DNA of 64,000 nucleotides from Paraspadella gotoi (Eukaryota > Animalia > Chaetognatha), in contig CM119267.1 in the NCBI GenBank assembly GCA_051294375.1, positions 12,239,692-12,303,691 of the forward strand, given 5' to 3'. Positions 1 through 11,390 of the stretch are shown here, in pieces. The position numbers and the translations under genes were made by a program. The notes beneath the pieces are model-generated. The model saw only the letters and a list, made by a program, of their open reading frames with translations, was not told the origin of the DNA and searched no databases. The first letter of the stretch is position 1; each line of letters begins with the position of its first letter.

Positions 1-197
1 ACAAAATGGAAAAGAATGTATGAACAAGAAAAAAACGTTTTAAAGGCTAGATCTGGAAGAAGTTAAAATATTCTCTGGTCCGTCACGAAAATTTAAAAAA
101 AAGTCATATGTGGATAAGGCGCTACATGGGCTGAAGATGACTGTCCGTAACTTCTATAACCCCCTCTAGCAACCACGTCCTCACGCTTCCCGCAGGG

Positions 198-328
198 TAG
201 GTACCGGGTTAGGATCGAACCCGGTACCTAGTGGTCATGAGCTGATGGCTTTACTCAATGAGCCACCTGGTCACAACTGAAAGTGTCTTGATTCTCGGCG
301 GGGTGAACCTAGGCAATGCCCGACTACA
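198..328 (-). mobile_element. tRNA-like (Pol III A/B box) module with a TGTAG-starting leader; SINE head or LTR fragment
   Basis: Minus strand reads TGTAGTCGGGCATTGCC...GACCAGGTGGCTCATTGAGTAAAGCCATCAGCTCATGACCACTAGGTACCGGGTTCGATCC, with an A-box-like TGGCTCATTGAG and a B box GGTTCGATCC. A homologous copy lies at 11249-11380. Confidence 0.6.
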
Positions 329-394
329 CATACTTGGACAAATAAAACCATGACGAAAACAAAAAGGAAAAGAGACAGAAAATAAAAGAAAGAC

Positions 395-410
395 AACGAT
401 GACGACGACA

Positions 411-441
<31 letters not shown>

Positions 442-443
442 CG
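395..443. repeat. imperfect (GAC/AAC)n trinucleotide microsatellite
   Basis: acgatgacgacgacaacgacgacga... read directly. Confidence 0.85.
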
Positions 444-743
444 ATCTCGCCTCTGACTCAAGCGACGAAGACGAAGGGCGAAAAGAGGGAACGTTGAAAG
501 GCGATGGCGTTGCACCGGGAGCTCTGGTGATATCTCTGTCTTGGGAGCTGCTAAGTTAATGTAAAAAATATTTAAATGTATCCTGAGAAAATCGTAGTTT
601 TAAACAAAAAAAGGGAATCGAGAATTGAGCCGAACTCAAGAATCAAGAAGCCGGGGTCTCTGAGGCGCCGACGGAGCGTGAGCCAGGCGCGTTGCGGGTG
701 AGTTGAGATGTCAATGGTGAGGCGCGAGGATGAAGGAACCAAA

Positions 744-750
744 GAGAGAG

Positions 751-823
<73 letters not shown>
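744..823. repeat. (AG)n microsatellite
   Basis: near-perfect AG run. Confidence 0.95.
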
Positions 824-827
<4 letters not shown>

Positions 828-1827
828 TGAGAGTTAGAAAAAAAGGAAAGGAAAGGGAGGAAATGTTTTGAAAAAAAAAAGGTTTTGTCTTAGAAAAGTC
901 AAAAAGAATAAGGGCTCATTGACAACGACGAGGATGACGACGACGACGACAATGACGTTGAAATTCAACTTGAATACCATGATGAGGACGATGATGCCGA
1001 CGACGACGACGACGAAGACCCTCGTTTTTTGTTTTCAGATTCCGTTTTTGATGAGATGGGCGCCAAAGCAGAGGGAGCTTTGGAGCCGCGGGAAAATAAT
1101 CAACAAAAATCTGCGGTGAAGGAAAATGAACAAATCAGGACACGGGATGTTGGAAGAACTTTCCGAAAGTTAAACTTACGTTATTAGACCTATTAAAAAT
1201 GATTAGTTATAAAGAAGGGTTTAAAAAAGTTTTCAACGTTCACGAAGAAAGTGTTTTATAGTAGTTCTACTAATAAAAAATATAAATATTCGTCTTAGTG
1301 GAACCAAAAATAGACTTACCCGCCTCACGCCCCCAGGCTACTCCCCCTCCGCCCCTCCTCGGCCCCCTCCGCCCCTCCCCGCCCCCCTCCGCCCCCGAAA
1401 CGACGAAACCTTGACGCGAAGATTCGTCGCCGTAAAATTCCTCGCTTCTCGTCCCTTCACCTTCGTCGCGGCGGGAAACTCGTTTTGTTTGTTTTTGTTT
1501 TTGTTTTGTTTTTCAAATTTAAAACCGCCAAGCGTCAAAACGACGACGACGAAAAAGAAAACAAGAGACTCCAAAACCTGAAAACATCATCATCATCGTC
1601 TTCATGCTGCCGACATTGTTTTTGTTTTACTTGGTTTTCGCAAAGGCTTTTGTAGTAACTAATTTAGTTTATTTTAATACTAGATTAATTTTTCTTAAGC
1701 AGAACTTGTAAAGGACTGTTTTTTTTTATTCACCTTTATTTTTGTATATTTAGTTCTATTAATTGATTGCATCGGTCAGCGAACTGCATTCTTTTATTTG
1801 CTATGTTATTTCCTCCGTCGTCGTTTT

Positions 1828-1875
<48 letters not shown>

Positions 1876-2659
1876 AAACTAAATTTTCATAAAATTTTTT
1901 TCATTAGCTCCGAAGTCAGAATTAAATTTTGTTATTTTCGGATTTTTCTTACTTTTGCAGCTGCCATGCTGCGGCTGGTTGCGAAAATTAAGGCTAAAAA
2001 TGGAAAATTCTAGGCGGCTCTCAATCTAATTAATCGTAATAAAAGACATACTATTACAAAAAACCGGGCAAATCGTGTTTCAAAACGCGTTCAGTTATAT
2101 AGTATATACTGTATAATGTATATAATATATGATGATAAACTTCCAGTGACTCTCTCTCTCTCTCTCTTTAAACTTCCCCCTTCTCTCCGACTCTCTTCAT
2201 TTCTTTAATCAAGTTAATCCGCTTCAGTAGATTTCAATTGCCTACGATCCGGCCGCCTGGATCGCCCCCCGCCACCGCTATCCCTTCCTGCCACCACAGC
2301 CACCGTTACCGCCTTTCCCTTCATCGCTCTTTCTGTCATCAGACTCCGCCTTCCTCCTCCACCGCCGCTGTCGGCATCGCCTCACCCTATCAGCCGCCGT
2401 CGCCGCTGCGGCGAGGTAATTCTTCCGTTCGTTTGTATATTCATGGCTTTCGCTATAAAAAAAGCTTCGTCCTCCGGCGAAGTAATAAAACCAAGAACGA
2501 CCTCCCCCGGTTTTTGCCCTGGCGCGACGTCAAACTTACCTCGCTCCTTTCCTCACCCCATTTTTAACCGGCTTTGTTCCCGCCCTTTCACGGACTTTTG
2601 ATGGCTTCCATTTTTGATTTTTTAACTCTCGTCTTTCACTGCACTCTTGTCTTTATCTT

Positions 2660-2732
2660 CTAACCCTATACCCTAACCTAATTCTTAACCTACTCCCTAT
2701 CCTTAAGACCTAACCCTTAACTTAATCTTTAA
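2660..2732. repeat. degenerate CCCTAA/CCTAA-like tract
   Basis: taaccctataccctaacctaattcttaacctactccctatccttaagacctaacccttaac. Confidence 0.45.
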
Positions 2733-3033
2733 GCTATAAACTATAAACTGCGGACTTTGTACAAACTAACTTAAGCCCGCATTTAAGTTAATATTGGACA
2801 CTTTAGGAAAACATGGCCCTGTCTTCTTTCCACGATTACTTCTTTTGTCCTCAGAGCTCTAATCATCAGTCTCGATCCTCGCTCGACTTTTCTCATCATC
2901 TTCATCCCTTAAGGCTTTGGATGGAGAATCCTGTCATCGCGGGTTAATTGTCCGATGAGCGTCCGTCTGTCCGTCTGTGAGAAAGTTAGTCGCGTCGTCA
3001 ACAAAAACGAGGTTTGACGAGAACGAAAATGTC

Positions 3034-3185
3034 TATGACACTGGTACAACCGAAATAACAATTCGTTAAATGAATGACTCACAAAATCTTTGCTTATTGA
3101 AGAGGCTTTGGTGGGTTACATCCCTTTTACAAGATAATAAGATAGCAAACCCTGCAAACTTTCAATCGCGACTCTCTCACAGTCT
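3034..3185 (+). repeat. dispersed ~150-bp repeat (TATGAAATTGGTACAACC family), diverged copy
   Basis: tatgacactggtacaacc...ggctttggtgg...cttttacaagataat...ccctgcaaactttcaatc, shared with copies at 4003, 10607, 32297, 43235(-) and 55403. Confidence 0.65.
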
Positions 3186-4426
3186 AGTTTATTAACTCTC
3201 AGATTAAATAAAACATTATAACTGTTTAAACTAAATTCAAAAATTGCTAATAGATTTGTCGGGTATTTATGCTACTGATAATGTTTAATACATTAAAATT
3301 TGTCCGCGAGGTAGCGAATTTAACGAACATTTGGACAAAAAATTGTTTAAAAAAGCAAAGATAGAAAGAGAGAGAGACGAAGAACTACATTTTTCATGTT
3401 TGAGTAGCGAAGTGAAAAATGGATTCTTGATTCCATTATTCAAAAATCTGCTCCTTCCGCCAAACTCAAGGCCGTTGCCGCCGCCGCCCCGGCAGCCCCT
3501 GCCATCGCCGCCCCGAGCCGCCGCAGTCAAGCAGCGGCGCGTGACTGCGTTGAATGGGTGTCGAGACGTGGGTGAGGATTTGAATCGGGGCGTGACTAAA
3601 AAAATCGGAAGACTTTTTTTTTCGGTGGGAGAAACTGAACTTGAAATTTTTTTTCGCAAAAGGGCTCTTGATATATAAAAGGGTTCTGGCGGGAGAATGA
3701 AAAAAAAAAAAACCAAAACTTTCTGAGAACCATTTATTTTGCCTGAAATACTATTGAAACGGAAAAAAAGAGAAATATATTTTCTCCGCCGATTTTGTGT
3801 GAAAGGTGCCGAAAGTAAAATTTCAAGAGAATCGCGGAGAGACGCAAAGTTAAATCAAAACGGAAATTTCAAGGTGTGAAGTCCTTTTTGGTGGGGATCA
3901 CGACTACACAACTAAGAAACATATGCGCGAGGAGGTCCTCATGTTACATCAACGATCTGTCAATTATTATTCCGCATGATTCAATATTACGCGAGTTATT
4001 TGCATGAAATTGGTACAATTGATGGTCTCAAGCCTCCATAACACGTATAGAAAATTTTCAATCAAATCTCTCTCACAATTTTGTTTATTCACTCCCAGAG
4101 CACCCGGCATCCCAGTGAAGTGGTATAACATTTCTATGTATGTTTCAATTGTTTAAAAAGACCACTTCCTTAAGTATTAGATCGGGCATTTAAGACATAC
4201 AAAACGACCGACCGAGAGACCACCATTCAAGTGTTTTATAGAGTTGCTTCGCGAGCACTCGCGCCGTTACTAAAAAGCATTGATGTGTTAGAGAAGAAAA
4301 AACATCTCTTTCTCTGGGGAAAGCAAACAAACTTGAAATTCAAAATTCAAAAAACTAAAGAATAGTGAAGACACAATTGCAAATCTTATTGAGTGAATTC
4401 AAAAGTTTTTAAATCAACTTGCATCA

Positions 4427-4825
4427 AATCAAGTTTGAACAAACATTGCCGGATCTGCTCACGGACATTAAGCGAGGGGCAGCTAATCAATTATTTAATT
4501 ATTTAACTAATTTATTAAATATTTATTTAAATAATTTTAATTATTTAATTAAATAATTAATTAATTTAGAGTAATTAGTCAGTCTCACCCACACACAAAA
4601 TTTTAAGCCAATCGCGTGATCTACTTATGAGTAATTAACGTTCAAAGCTAAGGGTGATGGACGGACAGACGGACGGACGGAAGGACGGACATCTTTTTTT
4701 TTGCATAATTTATCATAATTTGATGTTCTGAGATAATTTAAGTTATTAATCGACAAGATTTAGGGGGTCGACAAAGTGAACCACAGAACCGGAATCTGCT
4801 GGTATATAAGCAGATCCGGCTAAAA
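4427..4825 (-). mobile_element. DINE-1-like Helentron-associated non-autonomous element (HINE), copy 1
   Basis: Perfect 12-bp subterminal inverted repeat GCCGGATCTGCT (4448-4459) / AGCAGATCCGGC (4809-4820), plus a third partial copy at 4789-4800 forming a terminal hairpin. Also a (GACG/GACA)n tract at about 4658-4690, a small GTTTG-AA-CAAAC stem-loop at the other end and a central AT-rich array. This matches Drosophila DINE-1 architecture. Confidence 0.75.
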
Positions 4826-7372
4826 ACGGAAAATAATTCTTTCTTTCTCTCTTTCTCTAGGAACGCTTTCAGTCACTTACATCCGGGATGTCAAACCAGG
4901 TATCCGTATGAAAAATGAGTCGGAGGAGAAAAAAAAACAATCCGCTTTTGGACGAAGGCGTTGGCATCGTCGTCGTCTTCTTAGTCGTTTTCGTCGTCGT
5001 CATCGTCGTTTCCGTCGTCGTTGTCTATTCTGACGTCTATGCTGACGTCGTCGAACCATAAGTCAGACGGGGATCATCTTCGGCTTAAAAAAAAAGAAAG
5101 AAAAAGGAATAGGCGCGTGTGTGGCAGAGGTGGACCTGGAGCGGTTGGGTGCAGGGTGTAGATTGGAGAGTCTTAGAAGTTGACTGGGCGACATGTTGCA
5201 CAACGCGCAGCGGACAAAGTAGCATAATATTATATATTGACTCCAGTAAAATCGTGAAATCCATACGATAAGCAATTAAAAGTAAGTGTCACAAAAACTG
5301 GAGGGGTTTTACCATATAACCTAAGAGGAATCATCGTTGCCGGCTGACGAACCCACGGATGACGCATTCGAGTTTTTAGGTGCTAAAATAAACGCAATCT
5401 CGGGGAAGACTTTAGTCAATAATATCGGAGCCCGGGAGCCTTCCGTCTCCCACTGAGGCAATAGATTCGGAGCCGGAAGAAGAGAGAGAAAATTTGGCGG
5501 GAATGTTCTGATTGGGAAGAGGAAGAGGAAGAGGAAAACAAGAACCGGCATGTTCATTGTTCAAGGTGATGCGACGCAAAGATTTTTTTTTGGTCGAGGC
5601 ATTTCCAGATGATTATATGTATGAAATATATGCACATTGCACACTGATTCCTCACCTACCAGCAAAATATTAACTATATTAGTCTAGTATTAGATGAGTT
5701 ATGACGCTGTTTTTTTCTTTTGTTATAACACAAATATGAACTAAGTGGGACTAACTGGGACTGGGACTGAGTAAGCACCTAGAATCAAGAATCAAGTACA
5801 TCGTGACTATTTGAAACACGCCGCTTTAAAAATTTTAAAATCACTTCACGTTTTCGTTTGGTGAATTTTTTATAGCGGCAGGTTTTCTAAAATGGTTGCC
5901 TAATATTATACAGAACTATTCACTTAAAGTTATTTAAAATATAAGGACAGTCTGGCGAAGAGAGCGACCGACTGAAAGTGACCTCAAAACTAAAAAGAGA
6001 GAAAAGGGAAGGTGAGGAATCCACCCAAAGGATATTGGGGGATATATTTACCGCTTAAGGGAGGATGGGATTTTTTCGAAGCTAAGGGAAAAGATCCAAC
6101 CATTTAGGTTTATCTGTTCTTTCTGTCGGTTTAGGTAAGACTGTTTCGGTCTTTCTATCTTCACTGTTTGGTCTGACTGTCCCTCGCTGTCCGGGTTTCC
6201 CGTCACAAAATTCCCGCGAGTCAAAAAGAAATGATAAACGCGACACCGAATCGAGAGAGATCTGGGTCCTGCTGGGTACAGAGTACTGGGTACAGGGTAA
6301 GTTCGCCAGGCTTTGTTCGATTGAAGATGGGAAAGGGTGGGCAACTCGGGAACATTACCCCGCGAAATTGGCTTATGGGGACAAAAATGTTAAGAAATTG
6401 TCTTTTCGAAAATGATAAAAAAGTTAAACCGGGTTGACCTCATGTATTTTATTTTTCCTTAGCTTTCCCTACGTCTGTGTTTCCCGGGGAATGAGGTATT
6501 TCACCAATAGCTGGTGTTCTGTGCATCATGCGACCATCCTCGATCACCGGTGTGTTTAGACTGTTTGTAGTGGCAGCATCCCACTTTAACCAGCGCGACC
6601 AAGAGCGGACCGAACCCGCAGTACATAATATTTAAGTAAGCAGCTGTTTAGCTGTCCAAGCCATTGTGATGAGCAGGAAGGGAGACTGCTCTACGGGAAG
6701 CGAATTTAGGATATTATGGCAACAGCCGGGTTGCCTGTGATGCCCATTGGGATGGGGCATCTCACTGTTGGCTTTGGGGGCTTCCGACCCTCAGTGACGA
6801 CTCCAGTCACTGGCGCGGTTACCCTAGGACGGTCTCGCTTTGCCAACGCAGAGGGAAGTCGTTAGGACTGTGGATGGAACACTACGCCTGGGATGGTGTG
6901 TTCCCCCTCTGAGCCAATGGATTTGGCTGACGGATGTTGGACGTGAGGCGGTGTGAATATACCGCCACAATATCGCCAAAGCATCTCCTTTTCCTTCTTC
7001 CTGTTTCCTTTTTCTTTTTTCTCCGATTTATCTTTTCATTTAACCATCCTCTTCCGAAAACTCGATAAAGCAAAACTTTTTTCCGTCTATCGAATCTGAA
7101 AAAAAAAGGGGGAAATTCTTCGTGGTATTTCTTCCTCCCCCCCCTCCCCCGCGGTCGCCATAACAAAAAAAATGTTCCTTTTTTCGGATTGGAGAGAAGA
7201 GGAGAGAGAGTGAGCCTGGAGACACTTTCCCGGGGACTAGGGGAAGGAGCGAGATCGGGTAGGGTAGGGTGAAGGAGGCAGGGTTAGGTTGTACAATGTA
7301 CACCGTCCCAAGAGATTTTTTCGAGAAGCGATATATTCTTTGTCTTGTTCTATTCGGACGAAGATGAAAGAG

Positions 7373-7431
<59 letters not shown>

Positions 7432-9489
7432 TGATTTATGGTTCCTCGGTTCGTTGTTGAAGGCGTCAAAACGGGAAAAATAAAAATAGAAATAAAAAAC
7501 GGAAGAAAAAAAAATAAAGAATCGAATTTCCAAGAAAAAGAGTCAAATATTTTTTGACGGCGTAAATCATGAAGCAAAGGAAGAAAAATGTGTTGGAAAA
7601 TAAAAATGCTTAAAAAGAAAAACTACGAAGAAATTTGACATTCAAATTAGGATTGACAACCGATAAAGTTACAGAAACAGACATTTGGGTGGCAGGCATG
7701 TATAGAATGAATAGAAAAAGTACGTTAAGAAAAACATACTTTTAAAAACTCCAAAAATATTATAAAAATTATTGAAAAACAAAAAATCCCGGGAATATTC
7801 ATGGCGAAAACATTGATAAAAGAGCCAAGCAATGAAAAAAAGCGGAGAAGGAGAGAAGAAAACTAAATTTATCGGACGGGAGGAGTTTTGAGTTTTGAGT
7901 GAAAGAAAAGGGGCTCACGGCAAAGACCGTCAGCGAGAATGATTTAATGGCAACTCCGCCCCGGGAAATCGACAGGAATCAAAGCAAAATCGGCGATAAA
8001 AGTCAACAATAAGAAAACAGAAATTTATGGAAATGCTTGTTATTGTTGTGTGAAGTTTGGTTGTGTTCGACGTCGTCGTTGTCGTCTATGACAGAACCCA
8101 TACGGGACATATTTCTCCTACATTTGCCAGAGAGTTTCGTACGACGACTGTATCTGTGACTGTTAACATTTAGCGGAACCAATGATTCACCGTTAATAAT
8201 AGTGAAACGCACACACGCAGAGAGTAAGTACTAACTTAATTAATTTTAAAAACTAAAAAGGAAACATCGCCTTTTTTAAGCCACTGTCGTATGCAAATTC
8301 TATAATTTTACTCCTGTATTTTGAAATCGCTTTCGTTTTCGTCGTTGTCGTCGTTGATGTCATCGTCCTCTGACGTCTTCTTCGTCCTCTTTTTCGTCTT
8401 CTTTTTCGTCTTCTTTTTCGTCATCCGAGATTAAAAATGGTCCTTTTTTATTTCCCGGAAGAAGATGCCGTCTACTAAGTCGCGCGGTTTCCAATTTCAT
8501 CCGCGACTTTCAATTTAATTTTTTATATTTAAATTTTTTTCTTTCCTTCTTTTTTGAGTGAAAGGAAATTTTTAAGGCTGAAAGGATTCCTTCCGTCGAA
8601 TAATTTTCCTTTCCTTTTTTTTCAAATGCCATCACCACTATTTTATTATCCTCGCCTATGTTTTTCCTAAGACGATTAAAAAATCGGGCCGAATTTTTGG
8701 GATCCTATTTTTAGCTTACCGCGTTAATTAAAAAAAGTCTTTTATTTTCTTGAAAGCAATCTTATTTCGTAAAAATATTTTTGTGTCAGTTTTTTTTTTT
8801 TAAACAGTCTCGGTTTCGTGAACGAAAAACCTTACGTCTGGGATTGACTGAGATAAAAAAATAGGTTTCCACCGACGGAATGAAAGAAATCGTCTCGAGC
8901 GCGAAAAACACAAAATACAAGTCGAAAACGAAGATTTTCCCCATTTTCTCAATTCAATCTCAAATTTGATCTTTGTGTCGGATTCCTGTTTTTGTCGCTC
9001 GGTTTCTTTTCATCTCCATCTCCATCTCCATCTCCTTCTCTCTCTTCCTTTCTCTCCGAAAAACCCGATCTTTTCTCTTTCCTCACAAACCCACAACCAG
9101 CGAAAGTCTGACTCGGAACGCGACCCAAATCACATGACCTCAAACTCGGTTCTTATTATGTGTATTTCTGGCTTTGTCTCTCTGTCGGTCGGTCGGCTCT
9201 TTCTGCCTTTTTAAACTTCGTTTTTCATCATTTTACTTCCATGTTTTTTGATTTTGAGATTTTAGTATTTAACTATGGTGGTTAGCTTATCTGATGATTA
9301 ATATCATAATTTTAAATAAAACCCAATCCTTTTACACATGAAGGAATACTAAGAAGTTGAGTTCCTCGTCTTATGATCCGATTTTTTTAATCTCGTCTCT
9401 TTTGTTTTCGTTGCGATAAAAACGCGACGCGAACGGAATCTTAAGAACCTCGTGGTTTTAAGAAAATCAACCTTGTATGGAAGCCACGC

Positions 9490-9621
<132 letters not shown>

Positions 9622-10472
9622 ATTCCCAGTCCCGCTCGGAACACAGACCGGGAGTGAAGCTTTCCTTATCACTCCGGGTTAACTTCGGCCTCAACTTTTG
9701 TCAGCTTCACAAAAAAATTAAAAAAACCAACGATATATATATTTTTTTAATGTTCGAATATATTAGTGACGTCGACAAATGAACAAACGCTTTCGATTTT
9801 ATCAACTTTTATATCCCGGGAAAATCGGATGCAATGGGGGGAGGGGCTGGGAAATTAAATGGCAATTTATATCAGCATAAAAAACTGTTCCAATTACTTC
9901 TCCATTAGACGTCAGCGATAAGGAACGAGCGTTGAGCCTATTCTCCCCATCTAATTAAGGAATGTCTGACAGTTCTTTAGTATCGTCGTCGTCGTCCTTG
10001 TGACAACTTTCAAAACACGAAATCCCCCGTGAGCGATTTCATCTTGAATCTTTCATCGCCCAAAATACTCCGCTCGTTTTAATTTTTTGGTTTTTTTTTT
10101 GTCTTTTCAATTGGAAGAAGAAATTTTTTGGGGGTACCACACAAGACCATTCGAGCAGCGCCGCGCGACGGTGCGAGAATTAAACAACGAACGAAAAAAG
10201 AAAATAACAAGCAAAAAATTTATCAAAAAAAGTTGGGAAAAAGATGTCGCGACTTTTGCTTAAGATTTGGAGATTAAAAATGGCGACTGGAGAATTTTGG
10301 AAGAGGATGACGACGATTTAGAGTAAAAAATAAGATCCAGAAACTTTAGGGCACATGTATGGGTGGCCACAGATGGTCCCGTAATGTGTTTTATTATACA
10401 TGTACGCCAACACTCAACAGCAAATCTCTACGGTTCATTGAATGCCATGTTCATTTAACTCCATGTTTATAT

Positions 10473-11218
10473 TAAGGCGGAACAGGTTACAAACTAACAG
10501 AAGTCCGCATAAATATCGTTAATGTGTTTATTAAGATCAAAACATATATAATAGATTTAATCTTATAGTTAAACGCATGGAAGCTATTTTATATTATCCA
10601 AATACTATGAAATTGGTACAACCAATATAAAAATTATTCATTCATTTAATAAATAAGCTATCTTGTCCCTGACTTTGGACAGCTTTGGTGGTTTAAGGCT
10701 TCCATCACCCTTACAAGATAATGATTATAGCATATAATATAAAATCTAAAAGTAAAATGTAAAATTTTTTTCTTAAATTTTAATATTTTAAAAGGATTCT
10801 GATAGAGCTTTAAAAGTTAGATAACGGTTATTATTACAACTTTTTAAAATTTTAATAATTTGTCCATGAAAATTAATAGAAAATATAAAATTTAATGAAT
10901 GATGATATTGATATAATAATGTTTTTTAAGGTTTTTTAAAATTTTAGCTTATTTATCATTACAATGTTTAAAATTTGTATTACTAACTTTATCTAACTTT
11001 TTAATCTTTATCAGAATCCATTTTAAAAAATTTAAATTTCTTAAAAAAGATTTAAGCATATTTTATATATTGTTAAATATTAAAATACTCTATGCTCGAG
11101 GAAGATTAATTTAATCAAAATCTAACATCATAAGTCAATTTGGTTGTTAAAAGGACAAAAGACTTTTATGGCAGACTTTTTTCATATTGTAAAAAATGTT
11201 AAATTCTAACCCGCCTTA
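10473..11218. mobile_element. non-autonomous DNA transposon (MITE-like) with TAAGGCGG termini and an internal AT-rich palindrome
   Basis: (ata)ttaaggcgg...ccgccttaa(tat) ends and imperfect inverted arms at about 10780-11040. The right end is homologous to 40732 onward. A redundant copy lies at 25257-26018. Confidence 0.65.
10607..10730 (+). repeat. TATGAAATTGGTACAACC-family dispersed repeat nested in the MITE
   Basis: tatgaaattggtacaaccaata...cattcatttaataaataagctatcttgtccctgactttggacagc...tccatcacccttacaagataatga. Confidence 0.7.
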
Positions 11219-11248
11219 ATATATATATAATATCATATATATTATATA

Positions 11249-11380
11249 TGTAGTCGCGGCATTGCCTTGGTTCACCCCCCTATAAGCATGACCTCTTTCA
11301 GTTGTGACCCGGTGGCTCATTGAGTAAAGCCATCAGCTCATGACCACTAGGTACCGGGTTCAATCCCAACCCGGTTCCAT
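11249..11380 (+). mobile_element. LTR-like start (TGTAG) plus tRNA-like module, directly upstream of the Gypsy integrase remnant
   Basis: tgtagtcgcggcattgcc...ggtggctcattgagtaaagcc...ctcatga...gggttcaatccc; homologous to 198-328(-). Confidence 0.6.
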
Positions 11381-11390
11381 ACCCCCCGTC

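Noticed and set aside
2660-2732. True telomere or chromosome-fusion site
   Set aside because: Too short and degenerate, and without a head-to-head arrangement.
11306-11376. Functional tRNA-Met gene
   Set aside because: A CAT loop is present, but the anticodon and acceptor stems do not pair properly and the T-arm is replaced by a longer hairpin; it is tRNA-derived only.
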